A stretch of 64,000 nucleotides of DNA from assembly GCA_964016885.1 (NCBI GenBank), contig OZ024742.1, forward strand, positions 62,558,001 to 62,622,000, written 5' to 3'. The notes under the pieces are model-generated. The model saw only the letters and a program-made list of their open reading frames with translations, ran no database searches and was not told where the DNA came from. The translations under genes and the position numbers were made by a program. This DNA comes from Eledone cirrhosa. Taxonomy: Eukaryota. Positions 52,353-64,000 of this stretch are shown piece after piece (position 1 is the first letter of the stretch; every line of letters starts with the position of its first letter).

Positions 52353-55300
52353 AACAAAGTCAATCTGTAAACGCAGAAGTGGATATTTCAAAAACCGTTG
52401 CAACAGGAGGAAGACAGGAAGACGATACTTTGGTTCGTGGAAACGTTCCCTGGCAAAGAACGGGAAAAAACGAATATAATACGTCATTAATAGGAGCGGT
52501 GAAAAACAATTACGCGCAAAGACAGAACCACGTTTATGGTATAAAAGAGGTCGTAGACTAATGTTCTCTTAGGTGGTTCATAGAGACGTTCTCTGGCAAT
52601 GAACAAAGAAAACGAAGATAATACGTCATATGTAGACGTGGAGAACAAATGCACGCAAAGACAAAACCACGTAAATGGTATAGCAGAAGTCGTAGACTAA
52701 AATTCTAACTAGGAGACCGAATGAATCTCCACTTCAGAGTTAAGAATAAAGTAAATAAAATACAATACAGGTAATAGAAATTAAATAAATACATACACGC
52801 ATACAAATACGTACATACACAAACATACGCGAAAACACTTACCATAGGTATACAAAACCACGCACATATAAATATGTGTGTGTGTGTGCGTGTATACAAA
52901 TAAATAAACGTATATAAATAAATAAATACGTATATAACAGGCGCACACACATACCTACATGTAAATACACAAATGTTCGGAGACGTAAGTCAACCAAAAC
53001 ATGAAGTACACATATACACACACCCTACATACGTACGAACCTGCATACTCACACAGACGCAAAACTCCCGTATACACAAAACCAAACCATATGTACCAGA
53101 ATATATAAAATTATACGCCATAACATATACAATCAAATATACGTATGAGAAAGTATACGTACCTTCACAAAACATACAGGTAATATATACTTACCTCTGC
53201 AAATAAGTAATGGTATAAACAAAACATATACTTAGCTCCCACATCAAGACGTAAAATATCCACGTATAGATCGTACTATCCGTTAGGGTATAACGTGGGG
53301 CTGTAATACAGGAAGGTTTTGTGCAATTTATGTTTACAAGCCGAAATTGCCTCAGATTTTTTGTTTAAGATGTGGTCTGTGGCGTAGAGTATTTCCAGGG
53401 CCTCGGCGGCGCAGAGGTCACATGGTCTTTTATTTCCGTTATACGATCTAGCCCTAGCTAGGATCTCCCAGTGTAACTTATATTGGGTGTGGTTGTCTTT
53501 TAGACTCCAGATATAAGCTGAAAGTGACGTCATATTCCTTCTTAGTAGTTAACGAAAAGAATGGGTATGCATGTAAAGACGCTGCTTGAATCTATTGGCG
53601 GTTAACCCTATGTAAGCCCTACGGGACGTGAGTGTTTCAACCTTACATTTGTAGACAATGTTACTAGAGAGGCATTTCCCGGATAGGGGTCAATCAACCC
53701 GATTCCTACAATTACAGTTAGTACTAACTACAGGGTTGCACGTGTTCCTACGGCTAGGTAGTTTAGCTAAATTTGAAGCTGTCATGTTATGTGCAAAGTT
53801 AGGAGTCGTAGAGTAAGAAATTTTAATAGTATTTCTATTAAAAATTTTACTATATTTATGTGTAGGGGAAAATGCTTCGTAATAAGGGAAAGAAAGATCT
53901 TAGCTAATGGTGTGGCCACCTCCATATTATATGGTGGGTTATACCAACAAATTCGACGGGATCTATTTCTTCTAGGTCTATTTTCGTACTCTGTATATGC
54001 TACCTTATCGACAAATCCACTTCGAGCAACAGCTTCATTTTAATAATTGGAATGGTCGTTGAAAATATGCTCGTTAGTAGATAGACGGGAAAGCCTCAAC
54101 GAAACGTTTCTTACCATGTTCTTGGTTATGCTGGTAGGATGGTTGGAATGCTTACTTATGTAATTAAGCGTATCATTCGGCTATCTATACGGGTAATACA
54201 ACCCATTCGATAAATTGAGGGTAACGTCGAGGTAATTAACGACCGCGAGATTGGCCTCAACCTGTATAGAGAGGTTGAAGCCTTTAAAGAAGGCTGTGAG
54301 TTCTTTTCTGAACCTGTCGCAAGCACGAGGTCTGTACTTAGTCATGGTCAAAAGACCATCCTCACGGTACAAACCACCGCCCGCGTTGAGGAATTCGTCC
54401 TTGATAGAGAAAAGAATGAAAAGGCCGATAAGATCAGTAACCTCCGCACAATCGCTGGCGCCCATACTCATGTCGAATGGGGTACTATTGGATTTTTTAA
54501 TCCAAATAGAGTCGTCGAAATTAATCACCGACTTACGGGCATTGAGGATGACATCAACTTCGAAATCCTTAACCACTGTGAGTGTTTTAGCGAAATTGAT
54601 AGCTCTAAGGAGAAGTGGTAAAGTGATGGCGGAGTAGTTATTGTTGATGTCGAATTGGATAAAACGGCAATGTTCCTTGTTATATATGCCGTTTAACCAA
54701 TCAATCACTGCGAAAGAATTGTTCCACAGTGCAAGAGGGGCCAAACTTCTAATTTCAGGTATAATTCTATCAAGAATCCTTTTTCTAAGTCTACCTAAAT
54801 CAGACTTCGTAGGGTTAATAAGCCGAATAGAGGGGTTGTTCGGAAAATTGGATTTGTGATCCTTCAGGGTAAAGTGGGGAGAAATAGGGTCCAGAGGTTT
54901 GGTCCGGTCCAGGATGTTGAGATCAGATGTGATTTTAAACCCAGCATCGTTGATTTCATTGATGACGCACCGATTAGTTTTACGGTAATCCTTAGTTACA
55001 GCATTATGTAGAAGTTGATGGTAAGTACTGCGCTCCACTTGATATAGGTTGCTAGTTTTGTCGGAAAGGACGTGCACGGCATTAGAATCCTTAATAGAAC
55101 GAATTCTATTCTTCAGGTCCTGCTGGAAGGAGTTGCTCCTATTCCGAAATTTGATACTCTGTATGAGTTCCAAGACATCATTTTCGAAGGGTAGCAATGA
55201 TGGGTTACACGGGGGGTTATTATAGGTTTTAAACCCAAATTTATCTCGTGTGTTGTCTGCTTTTCGCGGATTATCGAAATAAAAGGCACGCCAACGCAAC

Positions 55301-55555
55301 CTTTTAATGAACGCGTCTATTTTCTCTATCAGGGGTTTTAGGTATGATTTCCTGCTTGGTACGGGTATGTTCTTTGTAGAAATATTCAGATGTTGCTGCA
55401 TGATGAATATAAGTCAATAGAGGGCTCAACCGAGGGAGGCAAATAGTAATAATAATAAATTTGAAGACTAAAATCCAAAGAGGGCTCGATAAGGATAAAT
55501 ATATATCAAATATATAAGAACCGTAGAGCAAATATTTATTAAAATAACAGATTAA

Positions 55556-55606
55556 AGTTTAAGCAAAGAATCGCTGCTTTCACCCTTAACGGGATCTTCT
55601 GAAACT
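55556..55606 (-). ncRNA. Type I hammerhead-like motif in PLE pLTR (CAGAAGA core)
   Basis: Same fold as 4391-4441. Confidence 0.65.
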
Positions 55607-56397
55607 AACAAAGTCAATCTGTAAACGCAGAAGTGGATATTTCAAAAAACGTTGCAACCGGAGGAAGACAGGAAGACGATACTTTGGCTCGTGGAAACGT
55701 TCCCTGGCAAAGAACGGGAAAAAACGAATATAATACGTCATTAATAGGAGCGGTGAAAAACAATTACGCGCAAAGACAGAACCACGATTATGGTATAAAA
55801 GAGGTCGTAGACTAATGTTCTCTTAGGTGGTTCATAGAGACGTTCTCTGGCAATGAACGAAAAAAACGAAGATTAATACGTCATATGTGGAGCGTGGAGA
55901 ACAAATGCACGCAAAGACAAAATCACGTAAATGGTATAGCAGATGTCGTAGACTAAAATTCTAACTAGGAGACCGAATGAATCTCCGCTTCAGAGTTAAG
56001 AATAAAGTAAATAAATACAATACAGAGGAAATAGAAATTAAATAAATACATACACGCATACAAATACGTACATACACAAGCATACGCGAAAACACTTACC
56101 ATAGGTATACAAAACCACGCACATATAAATATGTGTGTGTGTGTGCGTGTAAATGTGGTTCTGTCTTTGCGCGTAATTGTTTTTCACCGCTCCTATTAAT
56201 GACGTTTATATTCGTTTTTTCCCCGTTCTTTGCCAGGGAACGTTACCACGAACCAAAGTATCGTCTTCCTGTCTTCCTCCGGTTGCAACGCATTTTGAAA
56301 TATCCACTTCTGCGTTTACAGATTGACTTTGTTAGTTTCAGATCCCGTTAAGGGTGAAAGCAGCGATTCTTTGCTTAAACTTTAATCTGTTATTTTA

Positions 56398-56490
<93 letters not shown>

Positions 56491-56597
56491 ACCACAGTAA
56501 GTATGGTACTTAATACCTAGCAGAGTATAAATATTTAATGTAGTCCTGTAGAAGCCACATCTATATTTAATATATATATAAATTTGTGTGTGTGTGT

Positions 56598-56712
<115 letters not shown>

Positions 56713-57176
56713 GTATCAAAGGTATATATTGAGTTAGAAACTCAAAGTAGTCTCTTATAATTAAAGAGATTTTTTCGGGCCATGTAATATAATTGAATAT
56801 AAAAGAGATAAACACAGATATATATATATATATATATATATGTTCAAATCGTAAGGGACCAGATTCGCTAGGGTGAAAAAAATACTAACTATGAATAATA
56901 GGGTTTGCCTGACTCAAATTTAAAGAATGAGAAGCGATATATTTGTAAAAGATCTACGAGAAATATTCCGTCATTAAGCAAACAGAAGGTTGATGGGCTT
57001 TTGATTCCAACCTTCAGCTGATAGATCACTACACCCCCGTCATACATATTATTACGACTACACTCTGCTTAGTCCAACCGCAAAGCACATACTGGAAGCT
57101 ACGCATCGAGTGCTCATTTTGGTGAACCAACAGTAACTTGTCATTTCAATCTCTACACTATATATATATACATACA

Positions 57177-57860
<684 letters not shown>

Positions 57861-58051
57861 ATGTGTTTGTGTCTATATTGTATCTGTATTTTTTTTTACC
57901 GTTGGTCAGTCAATGGCAACATTGAGGACCGAATAAATTAGATTACCGATATAAAAGACAAAGAAGCCAAAAGTGAAAACCAACCAAACAGTTAGTGTTT
58001 TCTGTTATTAATTCTGGCAATATTACACAAATATGACCCTCAGCAAGTATG

Positions 58052-58135
<84 letters not shown>

Positions 58136-58189
58136 TTCTAACTTTTTCCTCTGATGAAGTTCTAGTGTCCGAAATGTTAAGATTCTCTT

Positions 58190-60145
58190 ACTGCTATTTC
58201 AAGCAGTATATTTTAATTTCAATAATTTTTATATTTTTCAGGAATGTTCTTATTGTTGGTGGGGTGTAGTAATTTTTGTCTGTAATGTCTGTGTGCTGCT
58301 TTATATGATATGACGGTTTTTTATTTGCTATGTTTATGGCTGTATAATGTTTTTTTGGGGGGAGGGGGGGCTGTTTTCTTGTTGCTGCTCTTGGGTATGT
58401 TTGCCTTGTTGTGTTCGCGATGTTGGTGTTTGTGGTGATGCTGGTGGTGGTGTGGCTGTTGTTGGTAGTGATGCGTGTGGTGGTGATGGTTGTGGCGTTG
58501 CTGCGAATCGCCTTGAATCCTTTACCCCTCTTTGTTTGCCTTCGCTTTTGGAGGGTGAATCTAAGGGGTTCTTTCTTTTTTGTTTTTTGTGGCAGACCGT
58601 TTGTCACTTCACTCCCACCTCATACTCCATGTCGGATTCCGTGACGTCTAGGAGGGGGTATGTGCTCCACGGCTGTTGGTGGTGTTGGTGGAGCCTCTCC
58701 GGCGATTTTGTTGCTGGTGCAGTTACTGCAAATGTAGCTACTGGTGTTGCCCCCACTGCTGCCGCTGTTTTAGTTGTCCGTGGCCTTGGTATAGGTGCCA
58801 CGGACGTTGCTTCCTACTCACCGTGGAAGGGTCTTCTGCCTCTGTTGCTTGCCCTGCTCTTGGTAGCAGCGGACAAGGCGTCGGAGGGAGGGGGCCCTCT
58901 TCTTGGCCGTCTTCTCCAGGCAAAAGGCCCTGAGGTGACCCTTTGGCCCACAGAGATATCACTTTGGGCGCCTTCCTTCCACGCTTATATGGATTTGCAG
59001 TCCTTCTTCGAGGTCTATGATATCCGGGATAGTCTCGATACACTCCTGCTCAGTTTGTATTAGCATTTGCATGCCTATACCTGACCAGTTCTCTCTCCCC
59101 ATTCTCTGTACTCTGATTCCAGCACGGACAGACGCGGCCAGCCAAGGTATGGGCACGTCGGGCAAGATCTGGGTCACCTCACAATTTTCTGCCCGCAGTA
59201 GGAAGACACCATGACTATCTCCTCATTCTTTAGGGTTTCCAAAGAGTGAGACTTCGTCTCTTGGAGGGTGGCGAAAAGTAGTCTACTATGGCATACTTTT
59301 TGCCTTGGGTGATGTGGGTTTTGTGCGTGTAGACGCACCCCAAAGCCTTTTGGATTTGAGCTTCTGTAGCTCTCTCCACCCGATATGACATTTGGTTTAC
59401 AGTGCGGTAAGTCACCGTCCGTAGCTGCTGGTCCTAGAAAAAATGGGTGGAGGTTTCAGGGAGACTCTATTGTCATTTCTCGTCATCATGGTCCTTGCGA
59501 CTGCCATCTCCTCCTCCGTGACTAGCACTGTTTCTATATTTCGGGCCACACCTGCGAAAGAAGTGGCCCCCTTTTCAGCTGCACCATTATTGCTGCTACT
59601 GTTCTTGTTGTTAGTTCTGAGATCGTTGTTACTTGTATTGATGTCATTGTTGTTGTTTTCGTTGATATTGTCGCTGCTGCTATTGTTATTGTTGTTGTTG
59701 CTGTTGTGGTTGTCACTATTGTTGATATTGTTGTCTTTGTTGTCGTTCTTTCTGTTCTTGGTGTTGTTGTGATTATTGCAGTTGTTCTTGGTTTTGCTGT
59801 CATTGTTGCTGGTGCTGTTGTCGTTCTTGTTCACGACTGTTTTTTTTTTACTGTTTTTGAAAATGTAACTGTTGCTGCTGTTGTCATTTTTGTTTATATT
59901 AGTGTTCTCGCTGTTGTTGGTGCTGGTGTTGACGATATTGCCTGATGTGTTGTTACATTTTAAAATTGCTGCGGAGAGGGGCAGCGTTATTAGCCTCAAC
60001 GTTTGACTCGCTGTCACACGACAGCAAACACAAAATTGGAGGGGTTGCTTCACCATATTTTTTTTTTTCGATAAAATCTTTCTTTTAAACACACAAAAGG
60101 CCCAAATATTATGGGGAGTCCTTTCTTGGGGCAAAGACAAAAGTC
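58190..60145 (-). mobile_element. Tx1-like ORF1 region (degenerate)
   Basis: ATEAQIQKALG, IPWLAA, ENWSGIG and VEGRRPK match ORF1 of the 41.3-kb element. Confidence 0.8.
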
Positions 60146-60164
60146 TTATTCCTCGTTTGAAACA

Positions 60165-62320
60165 AAAATATTATAGACCTGGTTGTGATTGCGCAAGTTT
60201 GCGCTTCCCCAACCAAATCCTCGACGACTAGCGCTAACCTCTTCGCTAAACTTTGTGTTGAACAGAGTTATGGGCCTGAAATTGTCTGATGTGTCCCTTT
60301 TGTTCTCATCTTTCTTTATCAGCGTCACTACGCCCCGGCTCACAGAACTGGGAATACTCCTGTTCTGCTGCCAGTTGTAGTAGACCGCTTCGATGAGATT
60401 GGAGAACAAGTCTGGCATATTTACGTAAACCTCGTAGGGCAGACCATCCAAACCGAGTGACTTGCGCCTCATGCAGCCGCCAAGGGCATCTTGAATCTCG
60501 GCTGAAGTAATCGGCCTTTCGCAGCGCTCAGCGTCGGCTGTCGAGAGTTGCGGCAAGCCATCGAGGTAGGGACTGAAGTCCGCCACCGTCTCTGACCCGC
60601 CACTTCTCCCGAACAACCGAGGAAACTGTTGGCGAATGGCCTCACACATCCGCTTGGAATCGTTCAGCTCGTGTCCGTCTCGGTCCGTCAAAGACCAAAT
60701 CGTCGTTTTATTACCACGCTACGCCTCTGCCACGCGGGCCCATCAAACAGCTCTGGTTCCTTCGTTTCTCAGAGCACGCGCCTTAGCTCTGACAGCATTC
60801 GTGTTTCGGATGGAAGAAATGATCTAATGCCATTTTCGCCGCTAGCACATCAGTTGCAATGCCACTACAAATAGCCTCGTCTAACTTATCTACCAGATCC
60901 CCCTCCTTTCTATTTTTCTCTAACGCTACTTTTTGCTAAACCCTATTGACATTACTCTAATCTCTCTTTTGAGAGCCCCCACCACCACCACCACCACCAC
61001 CACCATCTATTGTTAACGAATCCCCTGTCAACTTTTTCTTAACTAAATTGTTAACCTGGTCCCTGTAAGCTTTACCTGCCGGAAACGACATGTTCAGCTT
61101 CCAGTAACCAGGTCCTAACCTACGCGTCCTATATAGGTCAACCATACAGATCACAAACTTATGATCTGAATAGGGGACCGTATGTAATTGTGGACACCCT
61201 ATACTATTCTTATCCACTAATCTAATTAGAAACCTATCTAAGTACGATCAAGATGTCCCTAATCCCTTTGTCCAGGTCCATACTGGCGCATTAGAGAAAT
61301 CTAGTCGATACGTGTCAGACAGTTGGAACTGGCTGATCAGGTACTTGAGGCTTTTGCACCCCCTGCTCCTATCGGATACTCCCACACAGTCCCAGCGTGC
61401 GTTTAAGATGCCGTTCCAGTACCCCGCTAACACTAAAGGGTGAGACGTACCCAGAAAGGCTTCCAGGCGTCTAAATAAATCCGGCCGTCTTGCCCCGGTA
61501 GTGGCGTAGACGCCCACCAGTGTAAAGGCACCACATTCGCTATTGTTCACGTCCAGGACCACCAACATACCGTCCAGGTCCCGGAAGATCAACCTTACCT
61601 CGAGATCCAGGCCTTTCCTAAACAGCACTGCAACCCCACCTCCCATTCCCGGCAGACTAACAGATGCGAAGATCTGATAGTCGTTGAAAATAGGGGCTAG
61701 TGCGCGCGTGTCGGAAATCCTGGTCTCGCTGACGGCAATTAGATCCATTTCTAGAGATATGAGGTCGTTGAACAGGTGGCCCTGCTTCCAGGACGATCCC
61801 AGGCCTCGAACATTTAAACATCCTACTCTTAATATGGCCATGTTAGCAGGCTAAAAGAGAGAGGAAAGGTTTACTTACCTCTCGGGTTCTTGTGAAGGTC
61901 GGGTGGTTCGACCTCCATAGTTGATGGGGTTTCTTTGGGGATCACCTTTAAAAGCCTACTTGAGGCTTTTACACTGGGTGTTCCCACGTCGTTGGGGAAG
62001 CCCTCCCTGATTGTTTTATAATTGCTTAGTGCCATTCGCACTAGAAAAGGTTTTTGTGGCACCTTGAAGGTGCAGGTGTTAAACGCCTCCCCCTCATTCT
62101 CTATTGCCTTACTTCGTGTTATGAGGTTCAGCAGTTTTGTGTTCGATTTCCTCACTAACACGAAGTTAGGTGTTGTTGTGGTTGTAAGTTGTTGCTGTGT
62201 GTATTTTCTTTTAGATGTTTGTGTTAGTGGTAGTGTTGTTGGTGGAGATGGTGTTTGTGTTGACGGTTGTGTTGTTGCGGGGGTGGGTGTTGTAGTATGT
62301 GTGTCTGTGTTTGGTGCCAG
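60165..62320 (-). mobile_element. Tx1-like fragment: ORF1 C-terminus, APE and RT start
   Basis: Duplicate of 5190-7020 that retains an extra ~330 bp. Confidence 0.85.
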
Positions 62321-62332
62321 TAATAATTTTGA

Positions 62333-62812
62333 TAATGGGAATAAAAGTACAGTTATTAAAAACAACAACAATCGCCCTTCTTGGGGATAATCGCAATTGC
62401 AGAAATCCAAATAATTGCCCCTTTGGAGGTAAATGCCTTAAAGTGAATGTTATATATAGATGTGGGGTGGTATCTAGGGATTATAGCTTTAACTATATAG
62501 GTGCCACGGCCAATAAATTTAAAACTGGATTCTATGCTCATACTGGCTCATTTAAAATAGGAAACTGTGAAAATTAATTTGGACTATTAAGGAAGATAAG
62601 GTTAGATATGATATTAAATGGTCTCTAATTAATACAGCAAGGCCTTATGCAGGAAATAGATCTAAATGTAATATTTTCTTAACGGAAGCGTTTGAAATAC
62701 TGACCTCCAATTTGAACTTATTAAATGCAAAAAAAAAAAAAAATGAGGTAATCCCATCTTCTCAACATAAATCACTTTACTCCTTTTACTATAACATTAA
62801 GGATCCTGACTA
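62333..62812 (+). mobile_element. Duplicate GIY-YIG PLE fragment
   Basis: Paralog of 7030-7510. Confidence 0.8.
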
Positions 62813-63068
62813 AGGTGGAATACAGGCATTGAAGATCTACTTTCAATAAATATATTATTGAATTAATACACAGATAGTTACTTTCTTGCAAAAGGTTTTT
62901 TTTATTCCTATCTATTCTCCTCTACTTTATATCCATTATTTTATATACATATATATATCTCTTTTATATGTATACGTGTAGTTAGGTGTATGTGTATTTA
63001 TATATATATATATATATTTATATAGTGACGAAACATAAGTCAATTGCATGAACTCAAATCCTTTATTT

Positions 63069-63124
63069 ACTGTTATATATATTTCGATGATAACCAATGA
63101 ATGGCTATGACCTAATCAGGCAGT
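63069..63124 (-). ncRNA. Degenerate hammerhead motif
   Basis: actgc-CTGATTA-stem II (atagcca/tggttat)-GAAA-tatata-TA-acagt, with G8 changed to T. Confidence 0.55.
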
Positions 63125-63177
63125 TATTCAGTTCTTAGATATGCCAGCTCTGTATTTTTGGTGTTGATGGTTTCAGA

Positions 63178-63280
<103 letters not shown>

Positions 63281-64000
63281 GGGGGGGGTATATATGTTTA
63301 TCCCGTTATATATTTGATAACTAAATTTTAGTTAATTTGTAGGTAATTAGTTTTGCTAGTAATATTTGTTAAACCTCTGGAATAGGCATATTTACACTTG
63401 TGGGCGAATGAGTACACGTACACACGCTCATTCTGTACACGTACACACGCGTATTCTGCATTCTATACTGACAATATTTTAGAACGCCTCCCTTTAATTG
63501 GTTCGTGTAGTGGTATTTGATGTACCTATATAATAGTGCAAACACATACATATGTTAAAATACATATTTGTGCTTGTAAGTTCCTTAAATCCTAATGACG
63601 GGATTTTTAGGTTCCGAAATATTGGACAGATAAAAGAAGAAGAACAACAAAACAAAACAAACTTACCTGATAACTACTTTTACTTATTACCTCATCTTAC
63701 CTCATCTTACAGTCCATTTTACATTGTTTAGCCTTAAATCTCTTTCAACGTTACATTTATAAAATTATTGATTTTGATAATTTCTAAGAGGATGACATAT
63801 TTGTAAATCAACCGTTTATGTGAATAAGTATATGGCAACATATTTTGATGAATAATTTGCTCTACGTGTAATTAATTAAAACACAATAGGAATTCGTATA
63901 CGTGCTTCTTTGAAAACAGAGCATCCAGGTAGGGTTGAGTTCTTGGGATTGAACCCAGCCCACCCTGGATGCTCTTCTAGAAACCCAGAAGCATTTCCCC

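Larger units (their letters stand above)
52195..56405 (-). mobile_element. Same PLE family, copy 3, with ~700-bp upstream pLTR (55441-56147) and inverted pLTR fragment (~56150-56405)
   Basis: ORF 53276-55401 with stops. 52195-52890 is directly repeated at 55441-56147, and 56150-56405 is the reverse complement of ~55530-55787. Confidence 0.9.

Overview
This is AT-rich eukaryotic DNA saturated with microsatellites. The SINE type and repeat landscape suggest an octopus or other cephalopod, which is an inference. There are no prokaryotic-type features. The only host gene is on the minus strand and encodes a secreted PAN/Apple-domain protein. It occurs as two tandem paralogs: exons 1-3 of one copy lie at 27.4-22.2 kb, and exons 4-5 of the other lie at 49.2 and 36.1 kb. 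This fits a ~51-kb segmental duplication (1-8925 vs 51179-63415). The large introns are filled with retroelements: three copies of an RT+GIY-YIG Penelope-like element (PLE, Hydra-clade-like), a Neptune-like PLE, a near-intact R4/Dong element at (TAA)n, Tx1-like LINEs (one family tandem in (TTA)n), RTE and mariner fragments, and tRNA-derived SINEs. The most notable layer, invisible in the ORF track, is a dense set of type I hammerhead ribozyme (HHR) motifs from several unrelated repeat families. These include a ~430-nt non-coding retrozyme-like tandem/inverted repeat, a 365-bp palindrome with a hammerhead in each arm, and a PLE terminal-repeat hammerhead with a variant CAGAAGA core. All folds were done by eye and no ribozyme activity is demonstrated.
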